51,013 nucleotides of DNA from Saprolegnia diclina VS20 (Eukaryota): positions 1-51,013 of the forward strand of contig NW_008246192.1 in assembly GCF_000281045.1 (NCBI RefSeq), given 5' to 3'. Of the stretch, positions 36,402 to 47,733 are shown in pieces. Each line of letters begins with the position of its first letter. Within the stretch, counting starts at the first letter, position 1. The notes below the pieces were generated by a model, which was given only the letters and a program-made list of their open reading frames with translations, did not search any database and was not told the origin of the DNA. Both the position numbers and the translations under genes were made by a program.

Positions 36402-37157
36402 ATGACGCACCCGTCCACGCCGACGACGACTGCGCTCTCGGCGCAGGAGAAGAAGATCCGCCGGCGCGTCCAGTGCAAGATGAACATGCGCTGCTACCGC
36501 GAGCGGCGCAAGCGCAATGTAACCAGCCTCGAAGACACCAATGCGACTCTCAACGCGCAGATCGACGCCCTCGCCGCGCAAAAGCGGGCGCTGGAGGTGC
36601 ACCGGCCTCTCTCGTTCTACGCCGAACACTCGGCGCCCATGGCGCTGACGATGCAGTACAAGAATATGATGTCGCAGGGCGGCTTTGGCCCCACGCAGGA
36701 GGCCTTCTTCCGGTCGACCTTCTCGCCCGACTTTATGGCCCACGGCCGGACGCTCGACAACTTTATCAGCATGTGGTACCGCGTCGGCCAGTTCTTTGCG
36801 CAGCCAAACCCGCTGCTCGCCATGGCGCCGATCCGCGCCAACATCGTCCGCTTCGAGATCTCGCTGCACGTTGAGATCACGCGGCCACTGCTCGAGGCGT
36901 GCTTCGGCTACATCCTCGAGCACGAAGACAAAGCCACGATCGATGTACTCGCAGGCGGCGGCTACGCAATGGACACGATCATGGAGCGCATCTTCTACTT
37001 TGACCAGCTCGACGACGGTCGCTACGTGATCACTGGCTCGTCCTGCGGCGATAACCGCGCCGCGGTCATGGCGTCGCTCGTCGCCCATGCGCGGGAAACA
37101 GCGCGCGCTAAAGGACCGGGCGTGCTCTCGATAGCCAATTTGCTGCATGTTAGTTAG
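36402..37157 (+). CDS. Oomycete bZIP transcription factor, Cys-type basic region
   Basis: RRRVQCKMNMRCYRERRK followed by zipper LEDTNATLNAQIDALAAQKRAL; Cys sits at the normally invariant Asn position. Confidence 0.85.
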   Translation: MTHPSTPTTTALSAQEKKIRRRVQCKMNMRCYRERRKRNVTSLEDTNATLNAQIDALAAQKRALEVHRPLSFYAEHSAPMALTMQYKNMMSQGGFGPTQEAFFRSTFSPDFMAHGRTLDNFISMWYRVGQFFAQPNPLLAMAPIRANIVRFEISLHVEITRPLLEACFGYILEHEDKATIDVLAGGGYAMDTIMERIFYFDQLDDGRYVITGSSCGDNRAAVMASLVAHARETARAKGPGVLSIANLLHVS

Positions 37158-38218
37158 TTGCAGTAATCTATTGAGTTTGTTGATGTACGAAAGCCTTGCG
37201 TGAACATCCCTTGACGTTTACGCACCTTCGACTGGCTACTTGGACGTCGCTTCGCCGCAGAGTTGTCGCGATTGCGTGGCTATGGCAGATCGTGTTAGCA
37301 CGACAGGCCCGCGCGTGTCACGTAGTGTAGTGTGCTCGCCCTTGGCCACTCAGCGGCCTCCGAGTGCCGTCGTCATCACTATGATCTGGTTCACTCAAAG
37401 ACACGCTAACGAGCCGTTTCGACGTTGATCGAGAGCAGCTGCTTTTACCGAACCGCAACGCCGGTGCGTCTAATGGTACGTGTCCGCAATCTCAGCCGCG
37501 TCACCGACCCAAGGGGCCAAGGAGCCACGTCGACGGCCACTGGATGGCACGTTCTACGTCGAGTCCAATTCAACGTTGTCCTCAGCTTGGTTACACGAGT
37601 TAAGTTGCATATCAGTTCGAGTCATCTTAGTTCTACTAGTCTTAGGCTAGGACTAATAGATCTAAGATAAAGAAGACGATGCTAGGACTCCAGATCTTTC
37701 GCTGACGTGCCATTTTGGCGCCATGCCCATTCGAGTGGGTTGCGATCCTTTGGTCCAGCCTTCGACGACATGATTGGCTGACTCCTATTTTATTTAAACC
37801 AATCACTGCGTGCCCCATAGATTCACAAAGATCCGGATACACGCCCATGTGACTAACGACAATAAGAACGTACACCATTTACCGACAAACTATCCAGCAG
37901 GCACGAGCCCTGTCGGGTTGCTTTGGGCCGGGCTGTTAGCAATGTACCTGAAGGCTATACATATAGTGTAGCAAGAGAAACTGAGCTACAAAAAGCCATC
38001 TACACGCGCTGTCGCTCGAGCGTTTCCCGCGGATACCTGCAATGCGCTGGCACCTAAGAGTAACACTATTTAGAACTGATATGGTGCCGCGTGCACACAC
38101 TATGATTGGCCAAAATGGTGCGATTATCCGCCTTTGAGCGCCTTACGTCGATGCCATTGGCTGAAATGATTGGGGCTAATTTTACCCATGCCAAGTGGCA
38201 TTCAGCCGACGTCGCTAC

Positions 38219-39514
38219 ATGCTGCCGATCCTCGGGTTCGGGTCATCGCAGAAACGGAAGCCCAGCTACGACGCCGAAGCCGCTTGGAAGACGACGCCTG
38301 TCCCCGCCTCTATGCACTGGTACGACCGCACGACTGTGCGCTACGCGCTCCTCGCGATGCTCGGCCTTGCGCTCTTCCTCTCGGTGGCCACGACCGTGCC
38401 ATCGGCAATCGCAGCCTCGTCGTCGCACTTTCGCCGGCCTAGCTACACGCCGTCGCCGCCGCTGATCGACTACAAGCATCTCCCGACGTCGTTCGAGTTT
38501 GGCATGGTCGCGGACTTGGACAAGCAGAGCCGTGTCAAGGGCGACGCCAAGCCGCGCTTTGAGTCCATCTTCCAGCGGGCGATCCTCAAGCGCCACGTGG
38601 ACGGCAGCGAGGGAAGTCTCTCCACGGGCGAGCTCGCGGCCTCGTACTCGGTGATGTTCCGCGACAGCGAGACCTTCTCGACGACGTTGAACGAGGCCGG
38701 GCGCGGCTTTGAGCTGAGCGAGCTCGCGTGGTTCCAAGGCCGCTTGCACTCGTTTGACGACCGGACTGGCATCATCTTTCGGCTGGAGCACTTTGGCTTG
38801 AACGACCCGGCGCCGATGGCGGCTGTCCCGACGCACATCATCATGGAGGGCAACGGCGCAACGGACAAGGGCCAGAAGCACGAGTGGGCGACCGTCAAGA
38901 ACGGCGAGCTCTATGTTGGCAGTATCGGAAAAGAGTTTACGTCTGACGGCGAAATCGTGCACGAGAACAACATGTGGGTCGCGATCGTCGGCCTCAACGG
39001 CGCTGTGCGTCATGAAGACTGGTCCCACCGCTTCGCCAAGGTCCGCGCCAAGCTGGGCTGTGCATACCCCGGGTACAACGTCGTCGTCTCATATGCATGC
39101 CATGACGCCTATGGACGTAGGTATGTGATCCACGAAGCCATCGAGTGGAGCCCGGTGCACGGCAAGTGGTTTCTCTTGCCCCGGCGCGTCTCGAGCGAGC
39201 CGTATGACGACGTGGCCGACGAGAAGCGCGGCGCCAACGTCATGGTGATCGCGTCCGAGGACTTTGAGGAGCTCAGCGTTGTGTACATTGGCGATGGCGT
39301 CGTCGCGCGCGAGCGGGGGTTCTCGAGCTTCAAGTTCGTGCCGGGCACGAAGGACTCTGTGATCATCGCGCTCAAGAGCATGGAGAATGAGGCGCTGCAG
39401 CTCCAAGGCGCGTACGTGACGGTCTTTGACGTGCAAGGCAACGTGCTCATGCAAGAGACGCCGCTGCCGGGCCAGTCCAAGTTTGAAGGCCTCGCGTTCC
39501 TCTACGACTACTAA
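38219..39514 (+). CDS. Calcium-activated nucleotidase/apyrase (CANT1 family), type II membrane-anchored
   Basis: TM anchor YALLAMLGLALFLSVA; VADLD, GRGFELSEL, FDDRTG, KHEWATVK, GSIGKEF, YVIHEA, RGFSSFKFVPGT, KFEGL. Intron at 39073-39120. Confidence 0.92.
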   Translation: MLPILGFGSSQKRKPSYDAEAAWKTTPVPASMHWYDRTTVRYALLAMLGLALFLSVATTVPSAIAASSSHFRRPSYTPSPPLIDYKHLPTSFEFGMVADLDKQSRVKGDAKPRFESIFQRAILKRHVDGSEGSLSTGELAASYSVMFRDSETFSTTLNEAGRGFELSELAWFQGRLHSFDDRTGIIFRLEHFGLNDPAPMAAVPTHIIMEGNGATDKGQKHEWATVKNGELYVGSIGKEFTSDGEIVHENNMWVAIVGLNGAVRHEDWSHRFAKVRAKLGCAYPGYNVVVSYACHDAYGRRYVIHEAIEWSPVHGKWFLLPRRVSSEPYDDVADEKRGANVMVIASEDFEELSVVYIGDGVVARERGFSSFKFVPGTKDSVIIALKSMENEALQLQGAYVTVFDVQGNVLMQETPLPGQSKFEGLAFLYDY

Positions 39515-39591
39515 CTAGATAACTTAGAGATAGACGCGTGGCTACATATTATGGATGGGATTCATACAGCGATGGAGCTAGCATGCAAGAG

Positions 39592-41091
39592 CTACGCGTT
39601 GGGCTCGAGGAAAACGGCGTCGGCAGCCCGGCGCTCGTGCTCGTGCGCGGCGGCCTTGGCGGCGAGGAAGTTGTGCCAGCGCGCGCGGCCGCCAAAGACG
39701 ACGTACCAGCGGTAAAAGCTGGCAGCGCATAGAAAGAGACCGAGCGTCAGGAGAATGCCCAGCACGAGCCCTGCGACGCCGGCGTCGTAGAGGAAGACGA
39801 GGGCGATGACGAAGCCGGGCAGGAGCACGTAGGTGGCGCCGATGAAGACGATCGCCGCCGTCGGCCACTGCGCGCTGTAGGCGCCAATAGCCTCGGCGCA
39901 GCCCAGCACCGGGCGGCGCGTGCGCGGAACGACGTAGAAGAGGAGGACGCCCGCCACGTTGAAGAGGATGTTGACGAGCGCGACGTTGCCGGCCTCCTTC
40001 TTGCCCGTGACGGCGGCAGCGAGGAGGCCCGAGATGGTCGATCCGAGGTTGGCGCCGAGCACGAGCGGGTACACTTGGCTCAGCGAAATGACGTTGAGAC
40101 CGGCGAGCGGCGTCAGCGTCGACGTCATCGCCGTCGACGAGTGCAGGAAGAACGTCAAGATGATGCCAATCACAATGTTGCCATAGGCGTTCCAGCCAAG
40201 GACGCGGCGGATCACGGCGGCCGTCGCGTTGCGGAAGAGGTGCGTCATCGCAAACACCATCCCGACGAGCGCGAGCACGAGCACGATGAGCCCGAGCACG
40301 AGCGTGAGTGCGCCGGCACTGGTGTTGGAGACATCGTGCATGGCGCCGCCGAGGACAAAGCGGGCGACGCGGCAGTCGTCGCTGTCTCTCGCCGCGACGT
40401 CTTGCAGCAGCGTGTGGTTGACGCTGGCCCAGACGTTGGCCATCGGGTCCACGAGCGCATCGGCGGGCGACGCAAGTGCGATCTGCCCGGATTTGCCCGT
40501 GATGGCGACCGAGAGCAGCTCGAGCGGATGGAAAGCGACTTCGAGCGGGAAGAGGACGACGATGGACCAAAAGTTGTACATGTCGTGGACGGTGGCCGCG
40601 GCGATCGCGCGCTGGAACTGCGACCGGTCGTGGACCTGGGCAAAGGCTACGAGGATGCACGTGACGCACGTCCCGAGGTTGGCGCCCATGATGATCGGGA
40701 TCGACTTGCGGAGGCTGAGGATGTTGGCGCCGACGGACGCCACGGTGATGCAGACAACGGCGCTCGACGAGTGGAGGAGCGCGGCGGCGACGACGCCGAT
40801 CATCAAGCCGACGAGCGAGTGGTTGGAGAACTCAAAGACGGCCGTGGCCCTGCACGCAACGAGAAGCATGAAGCCGTCCGAGAGCCATCGCACCGAGACC
40901 ATAAAGAGCCACAGCGAAAAGAGGAAGAGGAGGACATAGCCGGCGGTCGCGGCGACAGACCGGCGGCGCGCGGGCAAGAGCACGAACGGGTCGGATGGCG
41001 GGTCGTCCGGCGCCGAGAGTTCGGAGCGGCGCTCGATTGGCGAGCACCACGGGTCGTAGCGCGACGATTCTTCGTAGAGCTTGACGGTCAT
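39592..41091 (-). CDS. SLC34/NptA-type Na+/phosphate cotransporter
   Basis: Two inverted repeats, LLHSSS...IPIIMGANLGT and FLHSST...YPLVLGANLGST; also AAATVHDMYN and NILFNVAG. Confidence 0.88.
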   Translation of the reverse strand: MTVKLYEESSRYDPWCSPIERRSELSAPDDPPSDPFVLLPARRRSVAATAGYVLLFLFSLWLFMVSVRWLSDGFMLLVACRATAVFEFSNHSLVGLMIGVVAAALLHSSSAVVCITVASVGANILSLRKSIPIIMGANLGTCVTCILVAFAQVHDRSQFQRAIAAATVHDMYNFWSIVVLFPLEVAFHPLELLSVAITGKSGQIALASPADALVDPMANVWASVNHTLLQDVAARDSDDCRVARFVLGGAMHDVSNTSAGALTLVLGLIVLVLALVGMVFAMTHLFRNATAAVIRRVLGWNAYGNIVIGIILTFFLHSSTAMTSTLTPLAGLNVISLSQVYPLVLGANLGSTISGLLAAAVTGKKEAGNVALVNILFNVAGVLLFYVVPRTRRPVLGCAEAIGAYSAQWPTAAIVFIGATYVLLPGFVIALVFLYDAGVAGLVLGILLTLGLFLCAASFYRWYVVFGGRARWHNFLAAKAAAHEHERRAADAVFLEPNA

Positions 41092-41636
41092 CCCGGCAAA
41101 AGCGCAAGTGAAACACCCAGCGTTTGAAAAATAGAAGCCGAAACCACTGGAAAGGCAGCGGGTCGGTGCAGTGCAAGTGTTACAGCACAGCAGGAAGAGA
41201 AGGCGTCACGTGCTCCGCGACGTCCTTGGTGTATGTATATATAAAAGTGTTGTGGCTACTGGCAGCACTCACTGCGGGCTAGTTCCTACTAGAATCTGAC
41301 TAGAATCTGGTCACAGTTGTGGCGACGACCAAAGTACTAGCAAGACCTAGATCTGCTCGCCACCAGACAGACAGGATTAGGAGCCGCGTCGCTCGGGGTT
41401 CAGGATTGTCGGGTCGTATATGCATATATGGAAACTACGATCTTATAAACTCTAGAAGCCTACGAACTCTATGACGACCAAAGCATTAAGCGCCTCGACG
41501 CGACGTCGTGCCACGTGCAAAGTGGCATGTTGAAGTTGGTCGGTTGCCGCACCATATCCAAAATTCGGGGAAAAGCGCACCCAGACCTGTATTTTTCTAC
41601 ACTTTCGGCGCCTGTTCAAGATCGAATTGCTGCGAG

Positions 41637-43221
41637 ATGATGGAGAACGCAGGGCCGGGCATGGACGAGTCGCTCAAGGTGGCGGCGGGCGGGACGTCGA
41701 CCGTCGTCATGTTCGATGCGAGCAAGAAGGAGGAGTTCTACCCGACGTCGGGCTACAAGAAACTAGCGCGGAAGCTCAAGACGAGCTGCAAGGTCGAGGT
41801 CAACAAGGACGACTTGTCGCTCGACCGGCTCAAGCAGGCGCACCTCCTCGTGTTCGCAGGCGTCCGCGAGCGCTTTAGCTCGTCCGAGTTCCAGGCGCTC
41901 AAGGACTACCTGCGCGAAGGCGGCAGCATCCTCTTCCTCGTCGGCGAGGGCGGCGATACGCGCCACGACACGAATCTCAACTCGTGGCTCAAAGAGTTTG
42001 GCATCACGATCAACGCCGACGCCGTCATCCGCACCGTCTATCACAAGTACCACCACCCGAAGGAAGTGCTCGTGACGAGCGGCGTCGTCAACCGCGAGAT
42101 CGCGCGCATGGTACGCATCCTGTCTCCTTGTGGCTTCCTGCAGAATCGGCTAGACCAATGTGCTTTCCGGCCGCGGCAAAGACATCTTTGCGCGGGACCC
42201 GGCCGCCGACAAGGCGCATGGACTCGAGAAGGACCAGCGCGGCCTCGACTTTGTGTTCCCGTACGGCGCGACGCTCAACGTCAAGAAGCCGTCGGCGCCG
42301 ATCCTGAGCTCGGGCTTCATCTCGTTCCCGATGAACCGCCCGGTCGCCGCCGTCTACTCGGCCGACGGCGTGAGCGCGCCACCGAAAAAATGCGGCCGCC
42401 TCGCGGTCCTCGGGTCCGCGCACGTCTTCTCCGACGACTGGCTCGACAAGGAAGAGAACACGAAGCTCCAGGACATTCTCTTCCGGTGGCTGCTCAAGGA
42501 CAAGGAGATCTTATTCGACGCCTTTGACGCGGGCGACCCGGACCTGAGCGACTACTTTCGGCTGCCGGACACGCAAGCGCTCAGCGAGCGCCTCCGCTCG
42601 TGCATGCAGGTGCGTCGTCTTTTAAATAAGAATGATTCTTAGGTAAGCGCGTAGGAAGGCGAAGAGCTCCCAAAGGACTTTACCAAGCTCTTTGATAACG
42701 CGCTCTTTACATTTGACACGTCGCTCATCCCGGAGGCCGTCGCGCTCTTCAAGGAGCTCGGGGTCAAGCACGAGCCGTTGACGCTGATCCCGCCGCAGTT
42801 CGAGTGCCCGCTCCCGCCACTCAAGCCCGCGGTCTTTCCGCCGATTCTGCGAGAGCCGCCGCCGCCAGCGCTCGATCAATTTGACTTGGACGAACACTTT
42901 GCGTCCGAGTCGCTGCGGCTCGCACAGCTCACCAACAAGTGTTCGGACGACGACCTCGAGTACTACGTCAAGGAGTCGGCGGTCATCCTCGGCATTCTGC
43001 CAAAGCTCGACCCCGAGCGCTCGGACGCCAAGCATGTGCTCGACTACCTCTTCCAGAAGATCGTCAACTTCAAGAAGCTCAACCAGGACGCGATGCTGCC
43101 GGACGCGAGCAGCGAGAACCTCCACGTCCTTCAGCACACTGCGTCGTTCGCCGACGAGAAGGAGCTCGACTTGAACGACTACAGAGAGGCCAAAGACATG
43201 GAGGAAAAGGGCCGGAAGTAG
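41637..43221 (+). CDS. IFT52: Intraflagellar transport protein 52 (spliced)
   Basis: FDASKKE, YHKYHHPKE, FVFPYGATLNVKKP, LTLIPPQFECPLPPLKPAVFPP, FDLDEHFAS, LAQLTNKC. Introns at 42111-42153 and 42610-42654. Confidence 0.96.
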
Positions 43222-43651
43222 GTGGTGTTACGTAGTCGTGATGACGTTTAGCGTCACGTGATATATACCAGAGATATGTGCATCAACGTCCGTCGTACTA
43301 CGAAGAGGAACGAGCCATCGAGTACCAAGGCCTTGTTACTAGGCACGGTAGTGGTCTCGACCGCGACCAGGCCGAGTGACCCGCGCCATCACGGGCGTGG
43401 GCTGTCGGTCGCGACGCTGTCTGTCCGAGATCAGATCAAAGAAGCGTCGATTACACGAGTTGACCCAGTCCCACGGCGCCGCCTGTCTCGTCATCTCTCA
43501 ACACTGTCTCATTGCGTCGCATCTCATGCAGAGATTGAGATGATGTGGAGAAATCAATGGTAAACAGAGACACATTGGAGAGGTCAAATGGCTACCTGGC
43601 CAGCCGGTTTGCAGCTCAGCCGTGCTGGCTTCACTTAGCAACCGCGATCGC

Positions 43652-45349
43652 ATGAAGCAGGCTCGGGCAGCGCCCACCGTGATCGCGACGGACCGCGCGT
43701 CGTACCTCTCGTCCGGCTCGGACGCGCCGGGCCACATCTTCATCGACCTCCGCAGCCCGCAGACCGACGGGCGGTCCAGTGACGGCGCGCTCCGGGACGG
43801 CCCGGCCCCCATCTACACGAGCCCCGAGGTCGTCGGCGTCCTCGCGCAGTACGCGGCGATCGGGCTGCTCTACGGCGCGATCCCGAACCTTCTCTTCCCG
43901 CTCTTCACCGGCTACTTTCACATGTCGGGCAGCCAGTACAACTCGGGCAAGGCGCTCATCGGCATTGGCTGGTCGCTCAAGGTGTTTGTGGGCATGCTCT
44001 CGGACTGCGTGCCGATCTTTGGCCGCCGCCGCAAGTTCTGGATGATCCTCGGCTGGCTCGCCTGCCTCGGCTGCATGGTCGTGCTCGCCACCATAGACAT
44101 GGGCTTGCCCTACTATCCGACCGCCGACCTCGCAGCGCGCAAGAACCTCACGCTGCCCGAGAAGGCGATGCTCAACGCGGACGCACCGGAGAAAGGCGGC
44201 GTCGTCGGCCTCCTTCTCGGCCTCGCGACGCTCGCCTACATCTTTGCCGACGTCCCAGCCGACGCGCTCGTCGTCGAGATTGCGCAGCGCGAACCCATCG
44301 ACGTCCGCGGCCGCATGCAGACGCTCGTGTACGCGACGCGGACGGTCTTCTCGTCCTTCTCGGTCGCCATCATTGCGATCGGGCTCAACTCGTTCAAATT
44401 CTCTGGCTCGTTCGACTGGGACATGGGCATCCACACGATCTTCATCCTCCTCGGTATCGTCTGCGCCAGCATGGTGCCCGTCACACTCCTCTTCATCCAC
44501 GACCAGTACCACCCGGGCTTCCACTTTGGCGAGTATTTGCACCGCTTCTGGCACGTGATCCAGAAGCGCGCGACGTGGCAGGTCATGATCTTCAACTTCC
44601 TCTTCAACTTTCTCAGCTCGGGCATCACGTCGACGGCCGCGCCGTACGTCATGAAGCACTGGGCCAAGGCCGACAACCTCAACTACCAAGTGCTCAACCT
44701 CGCGTCTGGCTTCCTCTTCGCGATGGGTCTCAGCGCCCTCGGCAAGTGGGGCATGCTCTGGAACTGGCGCTACGTGCTCGTGCTCACGACCATCAGCGGC
44801 AACATGATCGACGCGGTCGTGCAGTTTACGACCATCTACGATGTGATTCGCGACCAGTGGTGGTACCTCGGCGTCCCGTTAGCTGAGAACCTGCCGTTCT
44901 CGATGCAGTTCATCGTGACCACCTTCATCATTGTCGAGCTCGCCGAAGAAGGCAGCGAAGGCATCATGTACGGGCTCATGACGACCGTCTCCAACATGCC
45001 GTCGGTGCTCGGCCCGGTGGTGGCCAACGCCATCTTCTCCAAGTTTGACGTGAGCGAAGACGACATCAAGGCGGACTCGAGACATGTCCGCGACCAAGTC
45101 GCGTACACGTACGTCATTTACTATGGCACAACGCTTCTCGCGTGTCTCTGCGTCGGGCTCCTCCCGAACCAGAAGATCGACCTCCAGCACATGCTCCGGT
45201 ACGGCGGCAAGTCGGCGACCATGGGCGGCCTCGCGCTCGGCTTTTGCTTCCTCGTGCTCGCGTACTCGGTCAGCGTGAGCATCCTCGGGATGTTCGCGTC
45301 CACGTCCTGTCTGCGCATCGCGGGCGGCGACGGCTGCAACGCCGTGTAG
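43652..45349 (+). CDS. BT1/folate-biopterin transporter family MFS protein
   Basis: About 12 TM segments; WSLKVFVGMLSDCVPIFGRRRKFW, ADVPADALVVE, EGIMYGLMTTVSN. Confidence 0.85.
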   Translation: MKQARAAPTVIATDRASYLSSGSDAPGHIFIDLRSPQTDGRSSDGALRDGPAPIYTSPEVVGVLAQYAAIGLLYGAIPNLLFPLFTGYFHMSGSQYNSGKALIGIGWSLKVFVGMLSDCVPIFGRRRKFWMILGWLACLGCMVVLATIDMGLPYYPTADLAARKNLTLPEKAMLNADAPEKGGVVGLLLGLATLAYIFADVPADALVVEIAQREPIDVRGRMQTLVYATRTVFSSFSVAIIAIGLNSFKFSGSFDWDMGIHTIFILLGIVCASMVPVTLLFIHDQYHPGFHFGEYLHRFWHVIQKRATWQVMIFNFLFNFLSSGITSTAAPYVMKHWAKADNLNYQVLNLASGFLFAMGLSALGKWGMLWNWRYVLVLTTISGNMIDAVVQFTTIYDVIRDQWWYLGVPLAENLPFSMQFIVTTFIIVELAEEGSEGIMYGLMTTVSNMPSVLGPVVANAIFSKFDVSEDDIKADSRHVRDQVAYTYVIYYGTTLLACLCVGLLPNQKIDLQHMLRYGGKSATMGGLALGFCFLVLAYSVSVSILGMFASTSCLRIAGGDGCNAV

Positions 45350-45369
45350 CTCCAGTACCCTTCGTTAAC

Positions 45370-46368
45370 TTAGCGCGTCGTAGTATGATGACGACTAGCA
45401 CTGCTACTGTTGCTCTGCTGCTTGGGCTTTTGCCGTTGACTGCTCGGAGGCTGGGACGTGCTCGGTTTGTACTTGGTCGTCGTCGGGTAGTGCTTCATGA
45501 GGTTCCGGAACGGCACGGGCAGGCGCTCCGTCAGACCGGCGTAGAGACCAATGAGCGCGGCGCTCACGCAGTCCAGGTCGGCTTGCGGCAAGCCGAGGAC
45601 GGTCCACCAACGCTCGCCGCTGTCGGGAGTCGTCGTGTCCCACGGGATTCTAGCTCGAGGTCAGGTGCCCACCGCAGGCAGTGTCGTGATGTCATACTCG
45701 TGGAAGACGTAGGAGAGGTAGACGCTGCCGGCCGCGATCTCATCCATCGTAAACTGGACGCCGAGGATGCCTACGCGCATTGTCAGTTGGTACAGAGGTC
45801 GAGGCGTCGGAGTACCGCGGATGGCGTCGGTGGCAAAGAGCCAAGCCAATTCGCGGACGTCGTCAAGGGGCATGGGCAGCACGGCCTGGACGTTTTCGAG
45901 CTTGAGGAGCACGAGGTGGTACGGGTTGGAAACGATGAGGTTGTACGAAAGCGTGTTGAGCAGAATGACCTCGTACTGGCGCAGCTTGGCTTTGACGTGC
46001 TCGATCTCGGCGGCGTGTGGCATCTGCGACTTGTCCCGGCAGTCGTCCAGCAAAATCACCGTGCGCTCAGTAAAGTCCGTGAGCTTCATCGCGCACTCGG
46101 TGGCTTTTGCCGCCACGTACACGCAGCTGGCGCCGACGAGGAACCGGTCGTGGTCCTGGAAGGCGTGCACGCAGAAGAAGCGGTTCATGTACACGAGGCC
46201 CGTGGTCGCTGTCGCCCGGGGCATGTGCATCTTGGCCGTGAGGTCAAACACGAACTGCGCCGTGGCCTCGCGTAGCTTCTTCTCGAGCGGCCAGGCGTAG
46301 CCCTGCTGCGTCGACGGCGTCACGGGCGTCGTCGCACCATCGAAGAGCCACTCGATCTCGGCGGCCAT
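45370..46368 (-). CDS. Transcriptional cyclin (K/T/L-like; spliced)
   Basis: ATATTGLVYMNRFF...LVGASCVYVAAKATE...YEVILLNTLSYNLIVSNPY. Intron at 45771-45815 and another near 45610-45670. Confidence 0.85.
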
Positions 46369-46922
46369 CGGTCGGTCGCTCGAAATTCCTCTTGGGGCAA
46401 TCCGGATAGCTTTACGCAAAGTCCAGGGCGGCATGCCGAATTTAGTCGTCCATGCTGCACAGTACCACACGGATCAAGTTCAGTGCGCTGTTAAATCAAG
46501 CTAGCATAAAGCCGACAAATGCTACAGTGAAGGCCTCTCCAGGCTCGCAACACTACACATCCGTCTTGTTTGATGAGCTCTTCCACTTGCACGGTCGGCG
46601 GCAACGAGCCAACTGCGCTGCACGCTGGTGGTTGGCTGCAGGTTCTAGAAATCGGCAGGAATGCCGAAAATAAAATAGGCAGTTGGCGAAGAGCACTGTT
46701 AGGACGCTGGCCATGGCAACAAACGCAAGTAACATCGACAGAGTCCAGCATCGAGATCGTCAGTACGCTTGGAGCGTGGTGGTGCTGGCGCTCTGACGCT
46801 CTTTATCTTGCCATCTCTTCAATTCGGCATGTGCCAAATTTGGTTGTGTTACACGCCACCGAAATAGTGTACGTGCCACGTAGCGGAGGTGGCAGATTAG
46901 GATCATCATCTTGAGCAGCAGC

Positions 46923-47716
46923 ATGCAGTGGTTCGTGCCCTACATCTACGTGCCCAACATGGACATGGGCATCGTCGAGATCGTGACGCCGATCGGCAAC
47001 GTCACGGTTCCGCTCTTCCTCAGCCAGTTCTACGGCCTCCTCGTCGCGCTCGGCCTCATCGCGCTCACGATCCTCTGGCACGTCTGCGGCGGCCGCTACG
47101 AGCCCGAGGACGACGCGCCGTACACGAAGCGTACGTCCAAGAAGGCCAAAGCCAGGGCCAAGGCCAAAGCCACCAAGGAGGCGCAAGCCACGGACGGCAA
47201 TGACGCCGACGACGACGGCGATGGCGACGATGGCCCAGCGCGGTCGGCGCTCGCGGCCAACATTTCGCGCAACGGCGAGAACAGCTACTACTACGCCCAC
47301 AAGGTGCGCGAGATCGACAACACGCCGATGACGCTCAAGCAGACCATCTCGCAGTACGGCTGGTCCGACGGCCGCAAGACGGTAATCATTGTTGTTGCAC
47401 TGTGAGGAGGCTCATGGTTGACTAGGTGACCATCTACGTCGACCACCCGGCGGCCGGCGACGTCAAGAAGGACGCCGTGTCGATCCACTGGAGCGCGACG
47501 TCGCTCTCGCTCGACATCACCTTTGACGAGAAGGACGTGCGCAGCCTCGTCGTGCCCAAGCTCTACGGCCCGATCGCCGACGTCTCGTACAAGGCGAAGC
47601 GCGACTCGCTCGTCTTTACGCTCGTCAAGAAGCAGCACGAGCCGTGGAAGTCGCTCAACGCCGCCGCCAAGAACTTGGATGCGCACATCGAGTACGACGA
47701 GAGTCTCTACGATTAA
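46923..47716 (+). CDS. Membrane-anchored CS (p23-like) domain protein (spliced)
   Basis: N-terminal TM, NSYYYAH, and ISQYGWSDGRKT|VTIYV...LVFTLVKKQHEPWKSL. Intron at 47382-47425. Confidence 0.78.
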
Positions 47717-47733
47717 GTCGTCGTCGTATTTGT

